A stretch of 63,185 bases of DNA, the filler included, from Neolecta irregularis DAH-3 (taxonomy: Eukaryota): NCBI GenBank assembly GCA_001929475.1. It is 7 parts of 7 records of this genome, joined end to end, with 100 filler letters (N's around TTAATTAATTAA, not from the genome) between each part and the next. Parts side by side here need not be neighbours in the genome. Positions count along the whole stretch, not along the records: positions 35,005 to 40,084 come from LXFE01002290.1; positions 40,185 to 44,122 come from LXFE01002293.1; positions 44,223 to 45,949 come from LXFE01002295.1; positions 46,050 to 61,814 come from LXFE01002296.1; 3 more parts are not named here. One strand, 5' to 3'. The translations under genes were made by a program, and so were the position numbers. This document shows, piece after piece, positions 35,932-48,378 of the stretch. The notes beneath the pieces are model-generated. The model had not been told where the DNA came from, did no database searches, and worked only from the letters and a program-made list of their open reading frames with translations. Each line of letters starts with the position of its first letter. Position 1 is the first letter of the stretch.

Positions 35932-38900
35932 ATGAATCGACTTTTACACTATGCCTATCTTACGGATGATTTGCAGACGTTTCGATCTCTGCTTCAATCT
36001 TCACAATCCTCACTAAGAGTTCGCCAAGAGCTAAACAAGAAGGATTGGAAGGGATGTACCCTTTTACATATTGCCGCAACGGATGGGAAAGTTGATTATC
36101 TAACCGCACTCTTGAATCATCCAGCTGTTGATTCACGGTTGCAAGATGAGGAGTCAAGATGGACAGCTCTACACAGAGCGCTCTACCATGGAAAGTTGGA
36201 ATGCGGAATGGTCTTGTTGCGAAATAATTGGGAGTTGTTGAAGATTAAAGATCGAGAAGGATATTCTGCCTTCGATGTTTTCAATTCAACAATAGACGGG
36301 ACTGGCCCATTGCCTTTCTCGTTATTAGGAGGCACAGACCTCTTCACATTTGGATCAAACGCGAATTTCAACCTTGGATTTCCGAATAACGATGATCGTG
36401 CTCATCCAGAAAGAGTTCTACTTCCTCCGATGCCATCGAATCAATTTAAAGATCAACGTATCTTAGATGTTCAAATGTCAAAGCTCCATACTATAGTCCT
36501 TACTGTGGAGCCGCGAAGCAACATCTATGTTTGTGGCTTCGGAAATCATGGCCGTCTTGGTCTTCCAAGCGGCAAGACTCATTTTAAAATAACCGCCCTC
36601 CCAGGCATCTCATCTCATGTATCCATGGTAGCACTATCACAAGACCATACTCTTGCGCTTACTTCTTCTGGTACCCTTTACTCGTGGGGTTCCAATGCTC
36701 ATGGCCAACTCGGCTATCATATAGAAAAATCTGGTGGTCAAGAACCGCCTATCCAACCATCACCTCGCAAAGTCATTGCCCTTAAGAGAGAAAGGATTAT
36801 TGGATGTGCAGTCTCTCGAGTTCATTCTGTTGCTTGGACAGAGACTGAAACGTTTACATGGGGTCGCAATCAAGGTCAGTTAGGCTATCCTATCGATCCT
36901 GGAGAAACAACCCAGACAACTCCCCGGAAGGTTGCAAGTCTAGATGGGAAGGTTGTGATGGTCGCAGCCATCGAGAAGGCAACTTCAGTCCTAACTCACG
37001 CGCATGATGTCATTGTGTGCATGAATGAAGGACTATTCAAACTCAAGTATGCATTCCCCTCTGCATACCCCCACCTGTCTAAGCCTAAGTTTCCAATTGA
37101 ATCGGTTTTCGAACAAAATTTCTTTGTTCCGTCCTCGAGCTTCATTTCAACCAAATCAGATTTCTAAAATATCTTCTGGCGGAGCCACGATTCTCGCGAT
37201 AACTAGTATGGGAGATGTATTTAAAATTTCATTCTCTTCGCCCCATCTCTCTACTCTTAGACCCTCACAGTTATCCAAACAAATAACACCAATTCGTATT
37301 GTTAGTCTCCGGAGGAAGCCTTTCACTTTTCGCGACGCAGCAGTAGGCCAAGACGACTCTATTCTGGTATGTACGTTGTCCGGATCGGTCTGGAAACGAG
37401 TCAGAGAAGGAATTTCTGGACGAGGTGCCGAGTGGAAATTCAAACGAGTCCCTGGTATCACCAGAGCTGTGGCTGTTCGAGGAACAACGAGTGGTGCATA
37501 TGCTGTAATTCGAGACGATGTTCGGCTTGGTGAAGTGAATATTTGTCAAAGTTCGTTCATCCAAGATCTCATGCAAGGGTCAGTATTTCAGAATCTTATA
37601 TCCCCTACCACAGCACTTGGAGATGAATATAAAAAACGACTGCAAATGCTACATCAAAAGGCAATAAATCTTCTTCTTGATGAAAATTATCTTGAGGCAA
37701 TAACAGATCTTTCTTATCGGTCTAACATTACTACAGACTGTCATGTGGCATATGGGCATATCCGGCTACCGGTTCATCAATTTGTTCTGGCTGCTCGGAG
37801 TACGACTTTGCGGTCTACATTTGTCCAGAACTCTTCTACCTCTGACCTAGCTCTGATTGACGAGGACGGACTAACCATTATCACTTTCGTCGATATTCAT
37901 CTTCCATCTCTGTTCATTTTACTCTATTACCTTTATACAGACCATTTACTCAGGCCCTTTTCTCTGCCAGAGCATCTAATACCCTCTCACCTTCGGCACA
38001 CAAAAGCTGAACTCACCAAGCTTTCAATCCTACTCAATCTTTCTGTTCTCCAGAAATCGCTTGCTTCATCATATTCTCACCAGCCACCCGCTACTTTGCA
38101 TGCGAACTTTTTGTCCACCATTCTCAACTCAGAATTCGAGTATTGGGCAAATACAGTGGTCGTTTTGTCGGATTCTCATATAGAGGCTAACTCGTTCATT
38201 CTATCGGCTCGCTCATCGTTCTTCGAGGCTACAATCTCCGACACATGGGTAGCCTATCGCATGGAAAAGAAAGTTGATATGAGTCATATATCTTCGAAGG
38301 TGTTCAACATTGTGTTGCGATATATATATGGAGATGAATTGGACACTCTGTTTGATAGCCTTGGTAAGCTGATTGGTAAACTACAATCTGATATTCACAG
38401 ACTTCTCACATGTTGATGAATTTACAGATTTTGTAGTAGATGTGATGAACTGTGCCGATGAATTGCTTCTGGACCGGCTGAAGGAAAAATGCGAAAGTCT
38501 GTTGCGTGAATATGGTATACATTAGGATAAGGAGATCGTTGATATCCAAGTAACATTTCGGAGTATGATTTCAAGATTGACTGAGGCCGATCGTTGCGGC
38601 GCTAATCAGTTGAAAAATGCGTGTTTAGAGTATTGCATTATCAATGGGGAGGCGATGATGGAAAGCAGGTTTCATTCTCCGATGCCCTACCATTCCTGAT
38701 CTGTAGATTTTTCGATGAATTGGAATGGCCGCTCATTCAGCAATTAGAAGGGAAGCTTTGCGAGCTTCAACGCCGACGATTTCCCAACGTTCGGACTAAT
38801 ATTCATCTTGAATCGCTACATGCCAAATACCCTGCTCTCAAATTTGACATCCTTCAAGAACACGAACGCTTCAAGCAGGAACTCAAGGCTCTTCCTGAGA

Positions 38901-40084
38901 CTGGTAAGTCTGCTTTTCTAGGGTTATTTGCTCAATGTAAAGAGCATTATAATTCCTCTCTTAATCATAAAAGGAGTCATACCGACCTGCATTCAAGGCA
39001 GACTCCTATTGTGCGGCTTCCCTGTTCCGATGAAATGTTTAAATTGGACTCAGATCTTCGAGAGCTCGGTGATAGCGAAATATCTTGGAGAATAAATTCT
39101 CATCAAGACGTATCGCTCAAAAATCATATAATTTTAATAACGCAGAAGGGCCCAGACAAGACAAATCCTCTACACTCATCGTTTCGCCTCAATGTTTCAA
39201 AAGAGAAAGCTTTAGTGAGCTTATCATCTGCACCTTCAGGGTATATTCAATTTCAGTTCCAATCTTACTAATCTTGTCAAGAATTGCCTACGTGAAGTCG
39301 GTTCTCTCAGAATCGCGCTCAGAAGTTTCAGGATCTCTTCGAAATGTTCACTGGCCTGGTCTATATGATACCTATTCCTCGCCACACTCATCACCGAAGC
39401 ACAAGGAAGGTGTATGGGGAAAACCTCTGGTCACATCGTATTCTTTATCGATTACGCGTTTCTGACCTAAACAGCATACCCAACTTAAAATCGACATTCA
39501 CAGATACTTCTCCGAGGACGAAAGAGATTGATCCACGTCCCTGTTTTTTGCCAGTACGGAACGGTCCAATTCCAGTCAAGTTGTCACAGAGACAGCGAAA
39601 ACGACAGTCTGTGCCCAGTCTAACAGAGCTCTCGCCAATTTCTGTTCTCCAGAGGACTACTGTTGTGAATCATAACACTGTACCACCGTGGAAAATAAAT
39701 GCCGCCGACCAGAAAACTGCTCCCATCTATAGAACTGTGCCTGAAGGAGATCAATCTGCTAGTCTTCCTTCCATAAAGATCCCTTTTCGAAACAACATGC
39801 CTTCTCAAGAGGCTGTTGCGCAATCAGAACCTGAATCGTTCAGATTATCAAAGTCAGAGCCTAGACATTCGCTTTTTCATGTGTCTCTTACTGATGTTAT
39901 TTTTGAACAACAAAGAGAATCCAATCACCTCCAATCCAGAGGTCCCAAACAGACTCTCAAAGAAATTCAGGAGCAGGAAACTTTTGAAAAATGGTTTGAA
40001 ATGGAGAGCAAGAAAGTTCAAGAGGAGCGCGCTCGAATACATAACTTGTTAACAGAGACCAACCCGACAGAAGACAAATTTAGA
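35932..40084 (+). CDS. Ankyrin-RCC1-BTB domain protein (S. pombe btb1 / IBTK-like), 3' end truncated by the gap
   Basis: Ankyrins (GCTLLHIAA, WTALHRALYHG), RCC1 repeats (FTFGSNANFNLG, YSWGSNAHGQLG), two BTB domains (HQFVLAARS, FILSARSSFF), C-terminal SLTDVIFEQQRE...LKEIQEQETFEKWFEMES. Confidence 0.9.
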
Positions 40085-40184
40085 NNNNNNNNNNNNNNNN
40101 NNNNNNNNNNNNNNNNNNNNNNNNNNNNTTAATTAATTAANNNNNNNNNNNNNNNNNNNNNNNNNNNNNNNNNNNNNNNNNNNN
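40085..40184. other. Artificial contig linker
   Basis: 44 N + TTAATTAATTAA + 44 N. Confidence 0.97.
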
Positions 40185-40270
40185 TTTTGCTGTTTTTAGT
40201 TTGTAAATTGCAACATGAAGAGATTCTCAACTCGCAAACTCTTAAAACTTACATTTGATTTTCAGGCTTT
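40185..40270 (+). repeat. Left copy of an 86-bp inverted repeat at the contig terminus
   Basis: Reverse complement of 44037-44122 with one mismatch (position 40251, A vs C). Confidence 0.95.
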
Positions 40271-40428
40271 ATTTATATATATACAGCCAACCCTTCAGAA
40301 TATGTGGTCTTTTATCAGAGTCTGTCGGCCCAGTGGATAAGCTAGTCTGGGTAAGCCAAATGTAAGACTGTTTGAAGGGAAAAGGTTGACCACCGACTTT
40401 TGAACATAGCATAATAACTGGGCTTGAT

Positions 40429-42244
40429 TTATGCATTGTTTACTATAATCTCATCACCATCTTCAATGCCATACCATCCAATATCTTTCATCCCATCATC
40501 AACCTCGCTCCCACGATACAGCAATCTCACTTCCCCTATGCCCAACCCGAATAATTTCGCACATAAGCCTTTGACCCCGACCACTGTCATGGAAGGGATA
40601 ATCCGTTTCGAGAGCTTGTTTCCTTTATACTCAAAAGTTAGGGCTGCAAGTTAACTTCACTATCATTTGAATATACTTTTTGGTTTTGTCTTTAGATTCA
40701 ATGGGGGACCGGGGTTTCCATAATCTGTCGGATTAGTCACTGAATTCTAGGCAGCGTGCTAAGCAACGTACGATGACATAGATGAGTCCACCGTGGTTCT
40801 GTCAGTTCAATATCCTTCTCTGAACGACCACTTTTGCTGATTATCGAGAGGTAATATATTTCCGCGTTAATCCGTTCACTCTTCGTAATCTGAAAGTAAG
40901 AAATGAAACGCCCGAGTATGTATCATTGTTCCGTTCAACCACTGTAACCGCCCAATACGCGCGATCACTAACAGTCTCGATTTCTCTGGTGTCTCATCTG
41001 GTGTAAGCTTTGCATGTGAAAGTGAAGAAAACCTGTAAACAAAGGATTAGGAAAAACTCGAAGAGAACTGAGGCTGGGCCATTGTTCAAGAGATGAGATT
41101 TCTGACCAGGAAATGATGTTATTATCTGTGATGTCAAGGTATTCGATTTGAGGGATTACAATAGATGTTTTGGACAGCTTATTTCCAGAGAGATTGAGAT
41201 AACTCAAACTATCCACTCAATTACAAGTTTAAGAGAATGAGCATACTGCATAAGACGAGAGAGACTGGCCAATTGAGACCAATCTGTCAGTTTATTGTTG
41301 TGGAGATGAAGGATCTTTAAACATGGAAAGATCAAAGAGGTAATCTCGAGGGTGGTGATAAAATTAGCGCCTAGTTGGAGTTCCTCTAATGAGGGAAAGT
41401 ACTCTGATATCTGAACAACCTAATCTTCAGTCAGTTTCTTCTCCAGAAATGAAACGCTTGCTTGATCCCAAACTAGCCAGTTTGCGTTCAAGGCTAATAA
41501 TTTGACAGTCCCGAATGACCCTGTCAATTCAGGTGAAAGTTGAAAATCAGAAAGACGGTTGGCGCTAAGGATTACACCCTTATCCGGGAAGAGTGTACTT
41601 GAAACGCAGGCTCTGTAAAAGTTTCAATCCGGCGCAGATTCGAGCCAGGTCTTCGAAATGAGAAATGAGGTTTCGAGAAAGATCGAGTTCGCAGATGTCT
41701 GCTTGAAGTTAGCGCTACTGTAAAGGCTGAAGAAGACTTGGACAAATTCTGGGGCTGGAGAGGATTGGCTGTGGAGATGCTAGTAACATTGAATCGAGGT
41801 TTACGATTCGCAACTGAAAGAAATCGCTATACCGTTGAATAAAGTGAAAGGAGAACAGTTTACCCTTGTACTTGCTCAATCTTGTCGAATCCAATTTCCT
41901 CGACCACTTTTGCACCCCATGTAATTCTCTTTAGTGGCTCTTTAAGACTCCCATATTTTTCTGTAACCGCGTCGATAAATGTCCTCTCGCCATCGGTTTT
42001 CTTGGACTTCTTCACAAAGGACCCAGATGTCGCAAATCTAACAGTAAACAGCAATTTCGCCTCATCCGACCCACTGACAAAAATAGTATCGTGTTCCACC
42101 ATACTGGCCGTCATGTTTCCCGCGGGTTGGATGGTCCCATTCAACACCATACCACTGACTTTGGGTCTCGGTAATTTCCCCAGACCACAGGATTGTGCAG
42201 ATGTCTCCAGAAAATGAAAGTCGATTGCCGATGGAGGTGGTCAT
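40429..42244 (-). CDS. PAC2: Tubulin-folding cofactor E (Pac2/Alp21): CAP-Gly, LRR and UBL domains, multi-exon
   Basis: WYGVEWDHPTRGKHDGQY CAP-Gly, KVVEEIGFDKI, LRRs (LSYLNLSGNKL, LEQWPSLSSLRV), and a C-terminal ubiquitin-like segment ending DIGWYGIEDGDEIIVNNA*. Confidence 0.93.
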
Positions 42245-42536
42245 CGAACGAAGTTGGCGGATTGTTTATCTATTCCGATGAAAATAATATACATCACATG
42301 ACTAGAAATCTTTCTCAAAGGAGAAATACCTAAAATATAGCAAGAAAAGAAAAATGCTCAAAATCCTTGGCCCCGCATCTCCACCCATATACACTTCAGG
42401 CTGAGATAATTGCAATACAGCAAAGCCAAGTCTGTTTAACACAAAGTATGCATATCACAGACTATCAAGAGGAAACAGAGAGTGAACAAACGTTATGCAA
42501 CGGCATATGTAAAGAGTACTCGCGAATATAAATAGC

Positions 42537-43442
42537 TCACCACCGAAAGTTGACTAGTAAACTCAGCCAACTGGGACCGGCTGATTCAATCGCTACAGGC
42601 AGCCCGAGTTCTGGATCGAACAGGGGTGAAGCAGGCCGAGAGACAGGATAGACAGCAGGCATACGAAGCGCATCGTCAGTGGCCCGTTCAATAGTACTAT
42701 CGAAGAACAATTGGTTAACTGGGATATCTGCCTCGAGGTCTGAAAGTGGGGAGGGTGGACGAGTAATCGGGTATGTAGCGGGAATCTGTAGCTGCAGCGA
42801 GTCCATGGTGTGTGGGAAAAAAGGGAATATGTCATCGCTGCGAAGACAAATGCGAGAAGACGATGCCGGACTGGGAGGAAAGTTGGAACAACGAGCATTC
42901 AACGGCAGATAAAAAGGTCCTGGTGATGCTGGATGTGGCAACGGTTGCCCAGAGTTTCGCGGAATAGACGATTTCGTGGCCGGACGAGAATTTGATGTGT
43001 GATAAGATGATGAAGATGCCGATGCATAAGAGTGAAAAACTTGCTCTGCCTCGCATATCCTGGTTTCATTCAACGGAGAACGAAAATTCAAACCTCTGCC
43101 AGTTCGAATATTCGGAGAACCGAAGAAGGGACTTGTACAACGTTTCGACCGCCGGGAAGTTGTTTGAGAGTCGGCTGTTCGGATGGGATGGGATGTCTTA
43201 GCGGATAGAGAACTACAAAAAGATGGCCGTTTAGCATCAAAGATATGATTTGAGCTAGATCGAATCGGGCTTGCTTCGTTGCCATTTTTAGGTTCCGCGG
43301 TTATATTACGAGAACCCGAGACATGAGCAATGAAATCAAAACCAAACTCGTTGCAATCGCCCAATTCAAATGGAAGTCTACCGATTTTCGGGGCAGACAG
43401 TGTCGATGAAGTAACAGAAGTAACCTGATCAAGGCCCTTCAA
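42537..43442 (-). CDS. Hypothetical Ser/Pro-rich protein (probably the last exon; upstream exons unresolved)
   Basis: 301-codon ORF with an internal repeat (IPATYPITRPPSPL / MPAVYPVSRPASPL). Confidence 0.5.
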   Translation of the reverse strand: MKGLDQVTSVTSSTLSAPKIGRLPFELGDCNEFGFDFIAHVSGSRNITAEPKNGNEASPIRSSSNHIFDAKRPSFCSSLSAKTSHPIRTADSQTTSRRSKRCTSPFFGSPNIRTGRGLNFRSPLNETRICEAEQVFHSYASASSSSYHTSNSRPATKSSIPRNSGQPLPHPASPGPFYLPLNARCSNFPPSPASSSRICLRSDDIFPFFPHTMDSLQLQIPATYPITRPPSPLSDLEADIPVNQLFFDSTIERATDDALRMPAVYPVSRPASPLFDPELGLPVAIESAGPSWLSLLVNFRW

Positions 43443-44036
43443 TCAGCGATGTCTTTAGGAAGGTGGTGAACCTTTGCCTTGGTATAGGTTTTCCTTGCTC
43501 TGAACCTGCGTGGCTGTATGATCATCTGTTTGCAGGTGGATAATAGCTGGCTTTAGTTCTCATCATTGTTGGGAGATAAAAATATTTCGAAAACACCAAT
43601 TGGCCCAGAAAGGAATGGTTTGGCTGAATTTGGCACGCCTGGTCTTTCATCTGTCTTTAATCGAGCCTAAACCGATAAATGGATCAAAGAAATCAGACTA
43701 TAAAGTAAGAGAGCGGAAAAATTGCAGTTCTCACAACAGCCCCACTGCTACATTCCTGTAATTATATGAGCTAAGACGACGATAAAGATAAAATAAAATA
43801 AAAAAGGCAGGAAAAAAGACGAAAATAGTAGAGGGGACAGAGAAGTTCTCAGCTTTCGAGTAATTCAGAAACCTTTTCGAAACGATTTGACACCATTGTA
43901 TTGATCTTTCTCCGATATTCAGCAAGAATGCTGGTGAAAAAGATTTTTACGATCCAGCGAACAAGATGCGTTTCATTCGAAATGACGACTTGTACCTGCT
44001 TACGGCCCTGATCACTACGAATATTACGGTACAATA

Positions 44037-44122
44037 AAAGCCTGAAAATCAAATGGAAGTTTTAAGAGTTTGCGAGTTGAGAATCTCTTCATGTTGCAAT
44101 TTACAAACTAAAAACAGCAAAA
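44037..44122 (-). repeat. Right copy of the 86-bp inverted repeat at the contig terminus
   Basis: Reverse complement matches 40185-40270 at 85/86 positions. Confidence 0.95.
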
Positions 44123-44222
44123 NNNNNNNNNNNNNNNNNNNNNNNNNNNNNNNNNNNNNNNNNNNNTTAATTAATTAANNNNNNNNNNNNNNNNNNNNNN
44201 NNNNNNNNNNNNNNNNNNNNNN
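44123..44222. other. Artificial contig linker
   Basis: 44 N + TTAATTAATTAA + 44 N. Confidence 0.97.
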
Positions 44223-44329
44223 TTTCCTGACAACTGAGAAGAAATATATATCGTCAAGTTCAAAAGTAAATTATATCAAAAAATAAAACCTTGTATGCCC
44301 GTGAAATTCTAACAACATGAGACCCGGTA

Positions 44330-44610
44330 CGACTCCCCAGCGACGTCCTCGGCCAGTCCCCCGCACTAACCCTCTCCCGCCTGTCCCTCCGCAGTCTGTC
44401 CTGCCCGCCCTCCTGTCCCGCTCCTGCAAGCCTTCCCGTCCCGCCCGTCGAGCACGCCTCACGCGACTTGCCCGCCCGTCTCTCCCGCCTTTTCTGTCTC
44501 ACCGCCTGTCTATCCCGAGCCCCCCTCCCGTCTCACCCGCCTGTCCCACCCGCCTCCCCTGCCTCACGCCCTTGCCCGCCAGTCTCACGCCTCTCACCTC
44601 TCTCCCCCCT
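44330..44610. repeat. GC-rich, pyrimidine-skewed low-complexity tract (CCCGCC / CCTGTC / CTCACG units)
   Basis: Degenerate repeated units on the plus strand; the minus strand has clustered G3+ runs. Confidence 0.8.
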
Positions 44611-44643
44611 CATGCGTACAAAATATACCAAGATAAACCTCAT

Positions 44644-45949
44644 CTAGGTCTCATTACCTAACCAAGAATCGCTTCTGGGAACTGTAATAGTATCAATCAT
44701 GCTTCTGGGAACTGTCACAATATCAATATCTGTAAAATGGGTTTCCAGGCTGCTTTTCCATAATCGAGATTGAGCTATATTGGATCCAATGTTTTCCCCA
44801 TATACTTTAGAGAGCACAAATGACACCATGTCGGCAAGACTTTTCAGGATATAACTAGGTGTTTGATTGAACACATCCAGGTGGGTCTCTAAAGGCCACA
44901 GAAGGAATTTTGTTGCCCATGCTATAACAGCTAACGATGGTGCACGACGATCATCATCCTTAAGGAGTCCAAATACTGTGTCAAGTTTAAATGTTAGTTG
45001 GAGGCCTAAACGACTCATAGTTCCTTTAAGCATTTTCACGGCAGATTCGCACTGGATACCCAGACTGGAATGCGTTGCATAAACGATTGGTTGATTTATA
45101 CCGTCAAAGTGCTGTATCATAACGTAATCTCCGTTGCCATATGAAACGATGAAAAGGAAATAGTTTATTCCACGGATAAGCAAAGACTTCTTTATTGGAT
45201 CAAAATAAGTATAGACTTGTTGACCAATGTTGCGGCTGAATATTTCGAGAAAAGCCAGCACAAGGATATCTACGAAATCTGAAGATCCAGGCCATGATTT
45301 GAGGCCAACTCCGATTTCTTTATCGATCGAATGTCCAGAGAGTTTGTGTCCAAGGGTGATTGCTTCATGGGAAGATAATTTGCGTTTTTTTGTCTGTCGC
45401 TCTCCTGTATCATTTTCCTCAATAATATCGACTAAAGTTGCTGGTTTGCCATTCACCACAGAGTTCCAGCAGCCACGCAAAATAGGTTCCCAGACTGGTG
45501 ATTGTAGGTCTTGTGAATATCCCTTCATAATATGATGGATCCAATCAGTACTCGATTCTATATTACGAGAAAATTCTTCTACAATATCAAATTTTCGTGG
45601 TTCCTTGATACTATATTATCAATTTGCATACTGTCGCAGGTGCTTACGTGTAGATTGCCGCCATTGGGTATATGGATTTGGGTTCATTTGCAATCTTCTT
45701 CCTCGGGAATCTCACCGGGCGTGTCTTACATTCGACGGATTGTCCGGTCCTAGAGTAGGCGAAGAATGTATTACAGTAATACTTCTCTAAGAAGCATTTC
45801 TCTGCACACCTCTCTATCTGTTGTTCAAGGAATGGTTTAATGCCCTGAACATGTAATTTCGTTGGATCAAAGTGAACTTCCAATTTTGTGAAATAATTGA
45901 AATATGATGCAGCGCAAAGGAGATTCGTATGAAGCACGATCGACCACAA
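44644..45949 (-). CDS. Hypothetical protein, 5' end truncated; two visible exons
   Basis: ORF 45644-45949 ends at a GTAAGC donor; the frame of ORF 44644-45528 extends upstream (IKEPRKFDIVEEFSRNIESSTDWIHHI). NLS-like KKRK and a 30-bp tandem duplication near the C-terminus. Confidence 0.55.
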
Positions 45950-46049
45950 NNNNNNNNNNNNNNNNNNNNNNNNNNNNNNNNNNNNNNNNNNNNTTAATTA
46001 ATTAANNNNNNNNNNNNNNNNNNNNNNNNNNNNNNNNNNNNNNNNNNNN
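45950..46049. other. Artificial contig linker
   Basis: 44 N + TTAATTAATTAA + 44 N. Confidence 0.97.
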
Positions 46050-46366
46050 TGCTGGAATCGCATGCAGGTCAAATGAAGCAGAGCTCAGCCAATCTGATGC
46101 TACCGTTGTCCATCCGCAAATCAAAGCAAATCTTGGTCTATCCTTCCCCGCCTAACATAGATCTCCCTGCCTGCTATTTTGAGAAGAGGCTTTCCCCTCA
46201 GTTTGCCAAAGGTGCAGACCTTGGGCTGGAAGAAAGCCAGGTCAAATCAGCCATCAAAGAGCGACCGTGGAACAGGCATTTGCTCACCACCTTTGTGCTG
46301 CTACTCCTTATCGGCGGAGCAACCTTCGCAACCATCGTTGTTCTTAATCATAGACTCTCTAGATAA
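46050..46366 (+). CDS. 3' part of a hypothetical tail-anchored membrane protein
   Basis: ORF ending in a single TM helix (HLLTTFVLLLLIGGATFATIVVL) and a short basic tail. Confidence 0.45.
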
Positions 46367-46763
46367 TGTACTCCTCCCGCCGATCGTCATTTCAATGCTG
46401 ATTAGGCAAGTGTTTCTTTCTGTTTTTTTTGACTCGTAGTGTCATTGTATCTGGTAATGATCACCAGTATGGCCGAGGATATATTCTACAAGGTCGATGT
46501 TCAATTAGAATTCTTTTTCGATATCAATATCAACCCCTCATAAAATGTGCGGCCAATTATCATACCGTCGTGTGGCAGGACTAATTTGAATTGTTGAAGG
46601 TGCTTGCAAATGACTTGGAAATATAGAGAGAGAATTTCGTGGAGCTAGTCATGGACTGGAAGAATTTCGTTGGAGAATCTCAAGGACATATGCATGAGCA
46701 GAATACTGATAAATAATTTGCAGATACATTTGCAACGATGTAATCGATCGCGACATGGATGTA

Positions 46764-47473
46764 CTATTTCTTTTTGACGTCTTTGAGTTTGATTGTCTCT
46801 TGGCCAACGAAGATACCTATTGAGATTAATTAATAAAAGATACGAGTCGATTGTAAAACCTTTTCCCTTGTATGGCTATGTATGTTAGTGAGATGAAAAA
46901 GTGTAGATATACCTCAGGTGGTCTCCATTTACGTAGAGTCGCAGCGAATTGAGTGACAGCATTTTTGTTGGGTCCCTCCAGCACTATTCTTGTAGGCTGC
47001 GAGCATGTCGTTTTCACTCCAGGGGGGATTGGCTCTTCAATCGGGTTACTAAAGCCAATTCGCAGACTGACAACTTTGCCATTCCTCTCAATCGAAGCCC
47101 GGTAGCCTATCCCAACTAATTTAATTACCACAACGTGTCCTTCAGTGACGCCTGTGATGTGATTCGCGATAAGAGCTCTAGTTGTTCCCCACATTTGGCG
47201 TTGCATTTTGATGGATGGATTTTGCACAGATAGGATTGCCTTATCACCATTCTTCGTCACTGTCATATAGTGTGGTATAGGAACTTTCATTATTCCTAAT
47301 GGACCTTCAATAGATACTGAGCGATGCGGAGAATTCGGCAGAGAGAATTCTACGTATGGCGGAATAGTAATAGCAGTTGAGCCTATATGCGACGATACTC
47401 TGGAGGATGTCGAAAATAATAGCCTGGAAGCCGCGATGATAGGTTTAAGGATTCTTCTCCGGGGCTGCAACAT
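46764..47473 (-). CDS. MRPL6: Mitochondrial ribosomal protein uL6m
   Basis: Presequence, [66 protein letters not shown]. Confidence 0.95.
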
Positions 47474-48378
47474 TATGAACTATTGGATGCAGATTCTCGA
47501 GGTAAATAACGCAAAGGTTGGAAATTTTGACTGACAAAGGTTCCGACTATCTCCGTCATCCGTTCCGGGAACCTCCGATAACCGTGGACCCTGCGCTGCT
47601 GATCGTATTATAGATCGAAGGGATCCTTGAAACTTTTTCATCAAAACAAAACAAATATTTCATCAAGTTATAAGGTGTTCCTGTTAGCATATACCCAAAG
47701 GGTTTATCTTACCAATACGGCAAGGTGGCTTGACGGGACGTATATTTAGATATTCCTAACCAAGTATGTATACTTAGGCCAGGTATGTTTCTTTGTAAAA
47801 GTACGTATACTTAGGCTATTTATAACAATTGGTCCTATCGTACTTCTAAGCGCATAGCTTACAGTTCCATTTCGCATCTTGTCGGCTTTTGCGGGTTTTT
47901 CGAATTGAGAAAGATCTCACAGGAAAGAACCACGATGTTGTGGATTCCGTTTCAGAAGATGGGCTATGTGTAGTCATATTCTTGCTTCAGATATGGTCGT
48001 CAAAGGTATCCAAATTGGATCAAGTTGATGTATGCTGGTGTTTACGCAACATGTTTCTTTAGCCTGATGAGTCAATCTCCTGACACTCTTGGGAAAGTAC
48101 TAACAAGACCAGTCATCAGAAAGACAAAAAGGAGCCAGTATGATATATCCAGGCTTGAGCAAAGATACTTGCAATTGAGAAGAATTTGAAGACAATAACG
48201 TAATTATGGGTAACCCAAATGACCGATGTGCATCAACAAGAGCTGGATATGAAATACGAGAGATATCGCAATAATAACCAATATGAATTTTAACTATTGT
48301 ATCTTTGAGCACCTTGGTCAACTGTAATGATAAGTCCATTGATCAGTACGGTACATGATATGTATTCAAGAAAAACCC

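Noticed and set aside
44364..44373. CTAACCC telomere-like unit
   Set aside because: Single unit, no tandem array.
44260..44661. Arg/Gly- and Pro-rich ORFs (also 33991-34272 and 61989-62243)
   Set aside because: By-products of stop-poor GC-rich low-complexity DNA; no domain evidence.
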